A stretch of 62,803 nucleotides of DNA from an uncultured Gammaproteobacteria bacterium (GTDB taxonomy: Bacteria; Patescibacteriota; Patescibacteriia; UBA1558; S5-K13), in the NCBI GenBank assembly GCA_964486685.1, contig CAZAOE010000004.1, forward strand, positions 1-62,803. Direction: 5' to 3'. The translations under genes were made by a program, and so were the position numbers. The stretch's first letter is position 1, and each line of letters begins with the position of its first letter. The notes below the pieces were generated by a model. The model had not been told where the DNA came from, searched no databases, and saw only the letters and a list, made by a program, of their open reading frames with translations. Below are positions 41,883 through 52,079 of the stretch, one piece after another.

Positions 41883-43727
41883 ATGTATGCTCAAATAAAA
41901 CCCTTAATTAAGCTCAAAAAGGAACTAAATCTCCTGGATTATATTGTCCCAGAAAAACTTAAAATTAAGCCCGGACAGCTAGTAGAAATCCCTTTCCGCA
42001 ACCGTAATATCTACGGAGTGGTTTTTGATGTTAAAAATAGCACCGACCAACCTAAACATATTTTAAAACCAGTCACTAAAATCGTAAATTCAACTCCTCT
42101 CTTCTCTCAAAAACAAATTAAATTTTACCAATTTTTTGTTGAACACAATTTTAGTTCATTAAATTTTTTAAACCAAATCACTCCTCTGCCCCTCAAAAGA
42201 GCAACAAAAGAACTAAAAAACCAAAAAACAAAAAGACAAATAAAAAAATTTGAGTTGAAAAAGATTTCTGATGACATTCTAAAAAATAAGCAATTTATTT
42301 TTAAACATACTTATTTTTCTGAAAAAATATCCTTAATTAAAAAAACCATTGATACCAGCAATAAGCAAGTATTAATAATTTCTCCTACTAAATTACATTT
42401 AGAAAAAATGTATTCTTATTTATTAAATTTTTATAAAGAAAATGATATTAGTATCATTACCGGCCATACTCACTTGAACAAAACTGAACATAACCAAATC
42501 TGGCAGAATATTCAACAAGGAAAAATTAAAATTATTTTAGGAACTAAAACTGCTATTTTTTATCCTCTAAATAAAATAGGATCTATTATTGTAGATGAAA
42601 TTGAAAATGAAAATCATAATCAAATTGATATTAATCCCCGCTTTGAATTTTTACCCAATGTATTAGAGCTTAGTAAAATAAATAATTGCCAATTAATTTT
42701 GACTTCTTACTCTCCTCCAGCAAATCTTTATTATTTAGCTCAAGAAAAAAAAATAAAATTATTAGAAACAAAAAATAAAATAACTACTGAAATAAAAACT
42801 TTGGAAATGGCTACTAAGTATTTTGAAAATCAAATTCATTTTAATACTGAAGAATATATTAACCAAACATTAGAAAAAAAGGGTAAAATTTTATTTTTAA
42901 TCAATAAAAAAGGTTATAGTAAAAGCTTATATTGCTCTGATTGTGGCTATATTTTCAAATGTCCTGACTGCCAAGCAATCCTTAGTTATTCTAAGGAAAA
43001 GAATGCTCTCTATTGTTATCATTGTCAGCAAGAACACTCCCTGGCTTTAAAATGCCCTTCTTGTCAAAGCACAAACTTAAAATTTAAAGGCATTGGAAGC
43101 AATCAATTGCTTTCTAAAATCAAACAAGGCCTTCCCAAACATCAAGCTATCTTAATTGACAAAGACCATCAAGACAATCTCAAACAAATTAAAAAGCATA
43201 ATATCGTTGTAGCTACCCGTCTAATTATTAACTATTTAAAAGCAAAAGATTTTGACTTGATTATTTTGCCCTTAGCTGACCAATTTTTAAATACTAATTT
43301 TGATGCTCAAGAAAAATTTTATCAATTCTGTGCTAAATTAGTTTCTTTTCAACCAAATAAAATCATCCTTCAAATTTTAAATGAATTGCCAATTTATGAT
43401 TATATTCAAAAACAAAAATACTTTAAATTAATTACCGAGGAAATAAAATCTCGCCAATTATTTCACTATCCTCCTTTTTATGAAATACTTAAAATTACCA
43501 TTAAAGATAAAAATCAAAAAGAATTAGATAAAAAAACTAATTTTTTGTATAATGAAATCGAACATAATTTGCCAACCAAGGCAGAGCTTTTACCAATTGT
43601 TGACCCCCAAATTAAAAAAACCTTTAATTTTTATTTAAAATATATTATGATTAAATATCCCTTAAATGCTAATATTGAAAAACTAAAACCAATTTTAAAA
43701 AAAATAGATATAATTGAACAAATATAG
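41883..43727 (+). CDS. priA: primosomal protein N' (PriA)-like, helicase motifs degenerate
   Basis: 614 aa with an N-terminal 3'-DNA-binding-like region (GQLVEIPFRNRNIYGVV) and the Cys-rich zinc region CSDCGYIFKCPDCQAILSY...CYHCQ...CPSCQS. The Walker A position reads HTYFSEKIS. Confidence 0.7.
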   Translation: MYAQIKPLIKLKKELNLLDYIVPEKLKIKPGQLVEIPFRNRNIYGVVFDVKNSTDQPKHILKPVTKIVNSTPLFSQKQIKFYQFFVEHNFSSLNFLNQITPLPLKRATKELKNQKTKRQIKKFELKKISDDILKNKQFIFKHTYFSEKISLIKKTIDTSNKQVLIISPTKLHLEKMYSYLLNFYKENDISIITGHTHLNKTEHNQIWQNIQQGKIKIILGTKTAIFYPLNKIGSIIVDEIENENHNQIDINPRFEFLPNVLELSKINNCQLILTSYSPPANLYYLAQEKKIKLLETKNKITTEIKTLEMATKYFENQIHFNTEEYINQTLEKKGKILFLINKKGYSKSLYCSDCGYIFKCPDCQAILSYSKEKNALYCYHCQQEHSLALKCPSCQSTNLKFKGIGSNQLLSKIKQGLPKHQAILIDKDHQDNLKQIKKHNIVVATRLIINYLKAKDFDLIILPLADQFLNTNFDAQEKFYQFCAKLVSFQPNKIILQILNELPIYDYIQKQKYFKLITEEIKSRQLFHYPPFYEILKITIKDKNQKELDKKTNFLYNEIEHNLPTKAELLPIVDPQIKKTFNFYLKYIMIKYPLNANIEKLKPILKKIDIIEQI

Positions 43728-43817
43728 TAATAGGCAATTAATAACATTTGACATTTGACCTTTGATCCTTGGCCCCTATCTACAAACTACTAACTACCTA
43801 CTAATAACTAACCCCTT

Positions 43818-44321
43818 ATGAAACTAAACATCATCACCTACCCCCATAAATTATTACGCACTAAATTGGACAAAGTTCAAAATTTTAAGAACCCTGAATT
43901 AAATCAAATTATTAAAGAAATGACTTACTTAATGCTTAAATACGATGGGATTGGCTTGGCCGGTAATCAAACCGGAATAAATAAAAGAATTATTGTAGTT
44001 AATGACCGCGGAACTCCTCGGGCCTATATCAATCCGCAAATAAAAAGAAAATCATTTTTTAAACAAAAAATAGAAGAGGGCTGTATTTCTTTTCCAGAAA
44101 TAATGGGTTATGTTTCCCGGTCCAAATCAATAATTTTAGAATACTACGACCAAAAAGGTAAAAAATACCAAACCAAAACAAGCGGACTTTATGCCACTGT
44201 TTTTCAACATGAAATAGATCATATCAACGGCATTATTTTTACGGACAAAATTAAAAAATTTACCCAAGGAAAAGATAGATTTAAAAAATTACAAGCCCAA
44301 GCTAAAAATGATGAGAGATAA
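43818..44321 (+). CDS. def: peptide deformylase
   Basis: GIGLAGNQ, EGCISFP and QHEIDH motifs. Confidence 0.9.
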   Translation: MKLNIITYPHKLLRTKLDKVQNFKNPELNQIIKEMTYLMLKYDGIGLAGNQTGINKRIIVVNDRGTPRAYINPQIKRKSFFKQKIEEGCISFPEIMGYVSRSKSIILEYYDQKGKKYQTKTSGLYATVFQHEIDHINGIIFTDKIKKFTQGKDRFKKLQAQAKNDER

Positions 44322-44500
44322 TTTTCAATTATCAATTACCAATTTAAAATTTTTATTCAATAATCAATAAATCAATAATCAATTTTTATTAAGGATTTAT
44401 TTAAAATTGAGACATTGAAAATTCAATTAAAATTTAAAATTTCAAATTGAAAATTCTACAACAAACTATTTTAAAATTTCCTAACATTTAACTTCTATAT

Positions 44501-45469
44501 ATGAATAGTATAAAACCCACCAACATTGTTTTCTTCGGTTCTGATCAAAACTCAGCTAAATTACTAGCGGACTTAATTCAAGCTAATTATAATATTGAAT
44601 TAGTAATTACTAAATCAATTAAAAAAACTGGCCGGCAACAAAAACAAAACCCAGTTCAAAAAATGGCTGAACAGGCTGGGCTTAAAATTTTAACTAAAAA
44701 CAAATTAAACTCCGAAGAAGATATTAATCTTTTTAAAAACATTTCTGCTCAATTAGGCATTCTTTTGGCTTATGGAGTGATTATTCCGGAAAAAATTTTA
44801 AATTTATTTTCTTTAGGAATTATAAATATCCACCCCTCTCTACTTCCTAAATACCGCGGGGCCTCTCCTATACAAAGTGTTTTATTAAATGGAGAAAAAC
44901 AAAGTGGCGTAAGTATTATGCTTTTAGAAAAAGAAATGGATGCTGGACCAATTATTGCTCAAGAAAAAATTAAAATCGACCCTAAAGACAATCATGAAAC
45001 TTTAAACCAAAAATTATTTTATTTGGGTAATAAATTATTGCTTGATAATTTAGAAAAATATATTAATAAAAAGATTACTGCTCACCCTCAAGACAATAAT
45101 CAAGCAACTTATTCTAAAATAATTAAAAAAGAAAACGGATTAATTGATTGGAATAATTCTGCTGAAAAAATAAACAATCAAATCCGAGCTTTTTATACTT
45201 GGCCAGGGGCCTATACTTATTTTAATGGTAAACCCCAACACTTAAATAAGTGTAGGGGTAAATTATTCAAAATAATTAAAGCTGATATTAGCGATCAAAA
45301 TACTGACCATCAGCTTGGTAAAATTTTCTTAGAAAATCAACAAATTGCTATCCAAACTCAGCAAGGACTCCTCTATCCTTCCATTGTTCAAATTGAAGGA
45401 AAACAAAAAATGGATATTACTCCATTTAGCAACGGCCAACAAAATTTTATTGGAACTATTTTAAAATAA
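44501..45469 (+). CDS. fmt: methionyl-tRNA formyltransferase
   Basis: 322 aa with NIHPSLLPKYRGASPIQ and a C-terminal tRNA-binding domain. Directly downstream of def. Confidence 0.9.
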   Translation: MNSIKPTNIVFFGSDQNSAKLLADLIQANYNIELVITKSIKKTGRQQKQNPVQKMAEQAGLKILTKNKLNSEEDINLFKNISAQLGILLAYGVIIPEKILNLFSLGIINIHPSLLPKYRGASPIQSVLLNGEKQSGVSIMLLEKEMDAGPIIAQEKIKIDPKDNHETLNQKLFYLGNKLLLDNLEKYINKKITAHPQDNNQATYSKIIKKENGLIDWNNSAEKINNQIRAFYTWPGAYTYFNGKPQHLNKCRGKLFKIIKADISDQNTDHQLGKIFLENQQIAIQTQQGLLYPSIVQIEGKQKMDITPFSNGQQNFIGTILK

Positions 45470-45544
45470 ATTACCGTCAACTAAGGGGTAATGGTTTCTG
45501 TTGTGCCGACCAATCCGGCTTTTGTTTTTTTAATAAGCCTAAAC

Positions 45545-45635
45545 AACACCTCCCCTGCCTCCCCTCCTTCACCCCGTACAAAAGCTTCGCTTTATACGGG
45601 GCGAGACTGAGGAGGGGAAGAGAAGGGGTGGTGAT
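45545..45635. repeat. GC-rich nested hairpin containing ACCCCGTACAAAAGCTTCGCTTTATACGGGGCGAG
   Basis: The 35-nt core 45571-45605 is identical to 58705-58739. It is flanked by CCTCCCCTGCCTCCCCTCCTTC and GAGGAGGGGAAGAGAAGGGGTGG arms. Confidence 0.85.
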
Positions 45636-45863
45636 AAAAAAATATAAAATAAATAAATAACTATTGTAACTATAAATAATTTATCCCATTATACTAATCA
45701 TATCAAATAATATGACGAGGTGATACATGCACCACTAAGCAAAATAATTTTTTGTTAACAAAAAATGGAGATTAATCCATTTAGCAACGGCCAACAAAAT
45801 TTTATTGGAAGTATATTAGAATAATAAGCCATAAAATAACTAATAATAACTGATAGCTAGCGG

Positions 45864-47384
45864 CTATATTTTTTTTGTCACTTGAAATCCAAGACGAAAC
45901 TTACCGCCCAACATTAATCTGGTCTGGGCTTCGGTGGCTGGGATAGAACCAAAGAAAATCATAGTTATTGGAAATAATAACCACTGTAAAAACATCAAAG
46001 GATATGCCAACCAAGAAATCTCTTTAGGTTTTTTTGGTAAAAATCCCAAATTGAACAAAGAAATGAACATAATGCCTCCCAAACCAAAGTTCATAACCAT
46101 TTTCAAAATTTGAGGAGCATTGTGAATTAAAACATTATAATGAATAGTTTGGTCAGCTATCCAAATTGGTAGATAACCCAATAACAAAATTAAAATTGGC
46201 AAAGTGGCCCAAGTATAAACGCCCTCACTCTGATTCCATAAATAAGTAAATTTTTTCTTCCAAGAAATTTTTTTATTTTTAAATAAATGAGTCATCATCC
46301 AGGGAAAATGTTCGGCCCCCCAACCCCAGCGGCGCATTTGTTTATATTGATTTTTAAATGACCCCCAAATATTTCCAATATCTACGGTCTGCATAGATAC
46401 TGGAACAAAAATCGGCTGGGCCTGATAATCGCCATTAAAATAATTTAAACAGCGTAAAAATATTCTAGTATCTTCAGTAACAACATCTTTAGGATGAAAA
46501 CCTGCTTTAACTAAAGTATTAAAACTCATACTATGCGAAGAAAAAGTAAATAAACGTTCTGAACGCGACATATCTGTTAATAACCAGAAGGTGGTAGAAT
46601 TAGCCACTACTCGTACCAAAGGATTTGATTTCCAAATATTATTATTAAATAAAACTAAGGGCTGATAGCTATAATGTTCAGGATTATCAGAGGCCAGATA
46701 ATGATAAGTTAGGGCATTAAAATATTGCGGATGAGGCCAGGTTTCAATATCAAACATAGAAATTATTACTCGTTGATAATTTATATTTCTTTCTTTAAAA
46801 TATTCAGCCATTACTCGGCCAATATGATGCATATTAGAACCCTTACCTGGAATTTCTCCTGGCAAATCTTTGGGATGAACCGTAATTATAATATCTTTAA
46901 ACTTATCTTTATATTCGTTTTTAATTTGCTGAGCTATTTGTAAAAAATTTTTCTGGTCTCTTTCTTCTCCACCCAAAACAATAACCATTTTATTTTTGGG
47001 ATAATCTGACTCTAATAATTTTTCAAAAGTCGCTTGAACAACTTTATAGGGCTCCTGGTAAGTAGGTAAAGCGATTAGATGAATATAATTTTGCCAATTA
47101 TCAAATTGATTTAATTTTGCCTTCCAGTCAATTCTAATGGCCTTAATATATTTAACCCAGGAAACAAAAAGATACACAAAAAGATACCAAATTCTTACCA
47201 CCCAATAAACATCTATAACTATAATTCCATAAATAGCCCAAATTGGTTTGAATATTGATAAAAATATCGCTACAATAAAAGTAAGCCACACTAAAGAACC
47301 AGGAATCATTTCATATATTCTCAATTCTGTTTTATCTAAAGAATCCTCATGGACCCTAAAAAATTTTAAAATTCTTTTAAACAT
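45864..47384 (-). CDS. membrane-embedded family-2 glycosyltransferase (processive synthase-like)
   Basis: 506 aa with N- and C-terminal TM bundles around a GT-A domain, and a Q-x-x-RW motif (YKQMRRWGWG). Confidence 0.75.
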   Translation of the reverse strand: MFKRILKFFRVHEDSLDKTELRIYEMIPGSLVWLTFIVAIFLSIFKPIWAIYGIIVIDVYWVVRIWYLFVYLFVSWVKYIKAIRIDWKAKLNQFDNWQNYIHLIALPTYQEPYKVVQATFEKLLESDYPKNKMVIVLGGEERDQKNFLQIAQQIKNEYKDKFKDIIITVHPKDLPGEIPGKGSNMHHIGRVMAEYFKERNINYQRVIISMFDIETWPHPQYFNALTYHYLASDNPEHYSYQPLVLFNNNIWKSNPLVRVVANSTTFWLLTDMSRSERLFTFSSHSMSFNTLVKAGFHPKDVVTEDTRIFLRCLNYFNGDYQAQPIFVPVSMQTVDIGNIWGSFKNQYKQMRRWGWGAEHFPWMMTHLFKNKKISWKKKFTYLWNQSEGVYTWATLPILILLLGYLPIWIADQTIHYNVLIHNAPQILKMVMNFGLGGIMFISLFNLGFLPKKPKEISWLAYPLMFLQWLLFPITMIFFGSIPATEAQTRLMLGGKFRLGFQVTKKI

Positions 47385-47428
47385 AACTTAATCTTATACT
47401 AATAAGTTTTAAACAAAAAATCAATGAT

Positions 47429-49033
47429 ATGTTGACCCATATTCTAAATATTTTCCGAAAACCCAAGCCCAAAAAAAATTATATTTTTTATATTGCTATT
47501 ATATTTATAACTTTTATCAGTCGTTTACCATTTATAACTAAGTATTTATTTGAATGGGATTCTGTACAATTGGCCTTAGGAATGAAAAAATTTAATATCC
47601 TTTTACATCAACCCCATCCGCCAGGATATTTTTTTTATATCTATTTATCTAAATTAATAAATATTATTATCGCCAATCCCAATTATTCCATGATTATAAT
47701 AAATATCATCTTTAGTATTATTGCTGGAATAATCTTTTTCAAAATTTCACAAGAAATATTTAAAAACAAAACCCTCTCCTTATTGTCTGCCCTAATATTT
47801 TTATTTAATCCCTTTGTCTGGTTTCATGGTGAATTTGCCAATATATATACCGTTGATTTTAGTTTTGCTTTAATATTTTTTTATTTAACTTGTTTAATCA
47901 TCAAAAAAAAGAAAAATCTATTACCTTTATATAGTTTTTTATTTGCTCTGGGAATTGGTTTTCGGCAAAGCCTTTTGATATTTTTTAGCCCCCTTTATTT
48001 ATATACCTTTTATTTTTATATTCAACATCAAAAAAAACCAATCATAGAAATAGTAAAAAATGTCAGTATCTTAATAATTGTTAGCTTGGCTTGGTTAATG
48101 CCTACGGCATATTTAAGTGGTGGATTATTCCAATTCTTTAAAATCACTATTCATCAATATAGCGGAGCCGTAACTAATACTTCTATATTTTCCTTGAGTA
48201 AAATAAGCTCTGTATTTAAACAAAGCATTAATGCTTTAAAAATTATAATTTATTCTGGCAATATATTGTCTTTTCTAATTATTTTAAATTTTATTAAGAA
48301 AAAATTCAAATTTAATAAAATTACTAAAAATATCTTATTATTATGGTTTTTGCCTTCCTTTATTTTTTGTGCTTTAATCCACCTCGGTAAAATAGGATAT
48401 TTAATGACCATTGTTCCGCTAATTATATTATTGGGTATTTTGGCTATTGATAAAATTAAAAATACTAAGAAAAAATATTTTATTATGCTAAGCGTGATTT
48501 TAATTCAAATTATTATTTTTACTTTTGACATTGACTCTTGCTTAGAAAACAGATTATTAAACAAATTTCTAATTAATGTCGCTCCTTATAAAATAAATGC
48601 TCAAAATTTAAAAAATAATGACCTTAAATTAAATACTATTATTGATTTTATAAAAAAGTATAATCCAGAAAATACTATTTTAATATGCGAGGGAGATAGT
48701 CCTTATTATCAAATCCGAACTAACTTTATTAAAAATGCCCGTCATTTGAATTATTATTTGCCTCAATATTATATTTATTATTTATTTAATGATAAAACAA
48801 CAGCCACTAAATATTATCGATATTATGGTTCAAAAAGTGAATTATTGTACCAATGGTATATTCCTATTGGCCAAGAAATTAAAAATGTTATCTTAATAGC
48901 CGATGACTTTAATTATGAAATATACGACTTTAAATATACTAGCCACTATATAGATGAAAATGTATTTTATAAAAACATTTCAAATTTAAACAGCTTTGAA
49001 TATCTCGGGTATCAATTCGTAAAACAGTATTGA
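47429..49033 (+). CDS. GT-C-fold glycosyltransferase-like polytopic membrane protein (ArnT/PMT-like)
   Basis: 534 aa with more than 10 TM helices. An early loop WDSVQLALG...HQPHPPGYFFY is typical of the ArnT/PMT-like family. Ends with TGA. Confidence 0.55.
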   Translation: MLTHILNIFRKPKPKKNYIFYIAIIFITFISRLPFITKYLFEWDSVQLALGMKKFNILLHQPHPPGYFFYIYLSKLINIIIANPNYSMIIINIIFSIIAGIIFFKISQEIFKNKTLSLLSALIFLFNPFVWFHGEFANIYTVDFSFALIFFYLTCLIIKKKKNLLPLYSFLFALGIGFRQSLLIFFSPLYLYTFYFYIQHQKKPIIEIVKNVSILIIVSLAWLMPTAYLSGGLFQFFKITIHQYSGAVTNTSIFSLSKISSVFKQSINALKIIIYSGNILSFLIILNFIKKKFKFNKITKNILLLWFLPSFIFCALIHLGKIGYLMTIVPLIILLGILAIDKIKNTKKKYFIMLSVILIQIIIFTFDIDSCLENRLLNKFLINVAPYKINAQNLKNNDLKLNTIIDFIKKYNPENTILICEGDSPYYQIRTNFIKNARHLNYYLPQYYIYYLFNDKTTATKYYRYYGSKSELLYQWYIPIGQEIKNVILIADDFNYEIYDFKYTSHYIDENVFYKNISNLNSFEYLGYQFVKQY

Positions 49034-49066
49034 TATTCAATTTACAATTTTCAATTCTCAATTTTT

Positions 49067-49165
49067 ACCCCCTCTTTAATTCTCCCCCTTCCTCCCCTTA
49101 ATAAGGGGAGGTGTCCGTAGGACGGAGGGGTAGGTGGAGATGTCCTTAGCCCGCCGGCAGGCAGG
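49067..49165. repeat. GC-rich double-hairpin element (CCTCCCCTTAATAAGGGGAGG + GTCCGTAGGACGGA)
   Basis: The reverse complement of 54229-54309 aligns almost base for base. Located between convergent genes. Confidence 0.85.
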
Positions 49166-49214
49166 TTAAATTAAAATTTGAAATTGGAAATTTGAAATTC
49201 AATAATGCGTAGCA

Positions 49215-50222
49215 TTATTGGAGATACTTCTGCTTATTCTGCTTGTGTTCTTCAAAGGTCTTGCTCCAAATGGTCTGACCTGTTTTTGGATCAGTTAAAA
49301 AATAATTATAATCAGTGAATTGCGGATAAATAGCGGCCTGAATAGCATTTAAGCCCGGACTACATATTGGTCCCAAGGGCAATCCTCTGTGGCGATAAGT
49401 ATTATAAGGTGAATTAATCTGAGTATCTGCTTGCGAATAAACCTCTTTATTTTCTCCTAAAATATAAGCTAAACTAGCACAGGATTCTAAGGCCTGTCCA
49501 TATTTAATTCTATCCCAAAAAATACCTGACACAATTTCCATATCTTCAGCGCTACGCACTTCTTTTTCAATTAAAGAAGCCATGGTTAAAATTTCAAAAA
49601 TTGTTTTTCCTTGGGCCTGAATTTCAGCCCGTAAATTATCAGCTAATTTTTGATTAAAATTATTTAACATTTTTAATAAAATATCTTCACAATCTGCCTG
49701 AGTATAAATTCGATAAGTATCTGGAAATAAATAACCTTCTAAACTATCTGTCTTAGGTCTAGTGTTTAAAAAATCAAAATCATTATTATTATAATCATTA
49801 GCCAGCTCTAAAAAATCTCTCTGAGAACATAAAGTATTTTTACCTAAATAATCAGCAATTTGTTTTATATTCCAACCCTCAATAATGGTAATTTGCTTTT
49901 CAGCAGATAAAACTTCTGTAGAAGTAATTTTTTGGGCAATTTGTTTAAGATTCATATCTGCAGACAATAAAAAACTACCAGCAATTATTTTATTAGAAAG
50001 TTTTTCTTTTTTAAGATAATATCTAAACCAAAGGGCGCTGCGGATAATTTCTGAATTTTCTAAAGAATCAGCAATTTGTTTTGGGGACTGACCAATTTCT
50101 ATGGTAAATTCAAACTGATTAGTTTTTTTTGAAATTGGATAATTAATCTGATAACTATAATAAAAAATCCCGAATACTCCGAGAATAACCAAAAAAATTA
50201 ATATTAAATAAATCTTTTTCAT
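49215..50222 (-). CDS. mltG: endolytic murein transglycosylase MltG (YceG-like)
   Basis: 335 aa with an N-terminal TM helix, LEGYLFPDTY and ASLIEKE motifs. Confidence 0.9.
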   Translation of the reverse strand: MKKIYLILIFLVILGVFGIFYYSYQINYPISKKTNQFEFTIEIGQSPKQIADSLENSEIIRSALWFRYYLKKEKLSNKIIAGSFLLSADMNLKQIAQKITSTEVLSAEKQITIIEGWNIKQIADYLGKNTLCSQRDFLELANDYNNNDFDFLNTRPKTDSLEGYLFPDTYRIYTQADCEDILLKMLNNFNQKLADNLRAEIQAQGKTIFEILTMASLIEKEVRSAEDMEIVSGIFWDRIKYGQALESCASLAYILGENKEVYSQADTQINSPYNTYRHRGLPLGPICSPGLNAIQAAIYPQFTDYNYFLTDPKTGQTIWSKTFEEHKQNKQKYLQ

Positions 50223-51295
50223 AAATATTTCTTTAAGTTTTTGTCTTGTTTAATTTTTTCCACTATTTTTTTTACCTGCTGAGCTCGGGATTGAGGACAA
50301 ATTAATAATACGTCTTTAGTATTAATAACTACCAAATCATTAATTCCAGATAAAGCAATTAATTTATTTTTATCTTTATTGATAACTAAATTATTTTCAG
50401 CAGCCATTAACAAATTATTTCCAAGAGATAAATTCTTTGATTTTGAAAAACAATCTTTAACGGCCTGCCAATTTCCAATATCATCCCATTTTAAATCAAC
50501 TGGAATTACTAACATATTAGAAGTTTTTTCTATAATTCCATAATCAATAGAGATTTTATTTACTTTTTTAAATTCTTTCTCTAAAATAATCCCCTCCTCT
50601 TTTGTCCCAATTTTTTGTTCAATATTTTTTAAGGCCTTATAATGACTTGGTAAATGTTTTTTAAATAAATTCAACATGGTATCAGCTCGAAAAACAAACC
50701 AAGCTGGATTCCATAAATATTTTTTATTTTGAATATATTTTTTGGCTGTTTTTAAATCTGGCTTTTCTTTAAATTTTTTAATCTTATAAATTGATTGCTT
50801 TCCTATTTTACTAAATAAACCTCCTGATTCAATATAACCGTAACCTGTTTCTGGATAATCGGGCTTTATTCCTATTAAAGTTAAATGATTTGGATTTTTC
50901 TTGACTATTTTTTCAGCTATTTTTAAAACTTTAATATACTTATCTTCGTTGGCTATAAAATGGTCAGAATTGGCCATCGCTAAAATTGCTTGGGGATCTT
51001 TTTTAAATAGTTTTAGACAAGCTAAACCAATGGCCATGGCCGTACCCTTGGCTTCGGGCTCTAAAATAAAATGATTTTTTAAAACTTGTGGAATTTGTTT
51101 TTTTAATAATAACCATTGAGATTTTCCACAAGAAATATAAATATCTTTTTTAGCAAAGCCCTTTGAAATTCGTTGATGAGTTAATTGTAATAGGGTTTTT
51201 TTATCAAAAAAACGCTCGGCCTGTTTGGGCTGATTTTGGCGAGAAATTGGCCACAGTCGCGTTCCTGTTCCTCCAGCAAGAATAATAGGATACAT
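50219..51295 (-). CDS. mannose-1-phosphate guanylyltransferase-like nucleotidyltransferase
   Basis: 358 aa with N-terminal ILAGGTGTRLWPISR. No C-terminal isomerase/cupin domain. Confidence 0.8.
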   Translation of the reverse strand: MYPIILAGGTGTRLWPISRQNQPKQAERFFDKKTLLQLTHQRISKGFAKKDIYISCGKSQWLLLKKQIPQVLKNHFILEPEAKGTAMAIGLACLKLFKKDPQAILAMANSDHFIANEDKYIKVLKIAEKIVKKNPNHLTLIGIKPDYPETGYGYIESGGLFSKIGKQSIYKIKKFKEKPDLKTAKKYIQNKKYLWNPAWFVFRADTMLNLFKKHLPSHYKALKNIEQKIGTKEEGIILEKEFKKVNKISIDYGIIEKTSNMLVIPVDLKWDDIGNWQAVKDCFSKSKNLSLGNNLLMAAENNLVINKDKNKLIALSGINDLVVINTKDVLLICPQSRAQQVKKIVEKIKQDKNLKKYL

Positions 51296-51446
51296 GGTTT
51301 TAGTGATTAGGTAATTAGGTGGTTAGGTGGTTAGCTTGTAGTTTATCTACGAACTACTAACTACAAACTACTAACTATATTATACCATATTACATTTTTT
51401 ACAAAATAAAAAGGGCTGATAATTATCAACCCTAATATTTTTTTGC

Positions 51447-52079
51447 TCACACCCAGCCAAAAATCCAATGGTGGATGCGAACTAAGAATTCTTTTCTTCG
51501 CCAAGTTTTTCTGTCTCTGGTCCGATCCTGAACTGAACCCTCATCAAACAATTCAACAAAAGAATTAACAACTACTGGTTTTTCTTCAACCATAGCCTCC
51601 CACAAAGCAACAACTCTCTTAATATGTAATTTGTGGGCAAGTAAAATAGGAATGTTGAAATCCTTTAAATCCATAATCTCTATGGCTTTTTCTAAAACTT
51701 CTTTAGAATTAAAACCTTTTTTACAAGCTTTGGGTGGCCAAATTATAAAAACCTGGTCTTTATGATTTTCATAAAAATCTCGATCTAAAGCAACGGCTAC
51801 TTCCCACTGCAATAAAGCGGGAAAAGAATGTTTAAGCATCAGTTCTTGAACGCGTTCAGCCAGTTTAATATTTGGCAAACCAGGATCAAAAAAACTATTA
51901 TTAATGATCTCGATCATTTTCGGATCATCTAATCTTTCTGCCATAAAACCAAGTAAACCTAAATCATTATCCTCAATGTCATTCCGACCAAAGGCCAAAC
52001 AAATAATACAGTCTGCTTCTTGGTGTCCACCGGAATCAACCAATCCTTCACTTACCTTAAGATACTCAAACAGATTCAT
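51447..52079 (-). CDS. hypothetical protein (possibly DUF218/YdcF-like, weak)
   Basis: 210 aa. ATG preceded by AGGAGG with a 5-nt spacer. Composition looks G+C-richer than neighbours by eye. Confidence 0.45.
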   Translation of the reverse strand: MNLFEYLKVSEGLVDSGGHQEADCIICLAFGRNDIEDNDLGLLGFMAERLDDPKMIEIINNSFFDPGLPNIKLAERVQELMLKHSFPALLQWEVAVALDRDFYENHKDQVFIIWPPKACKKGFNSKEVLEKAIEIMDLKDFNIPILLAHKLHIKRVVALWEAMVEEKPVVVNSFVELFDEGSVQDRTRDRKTWRRKEFLVRIHHWIFGWV

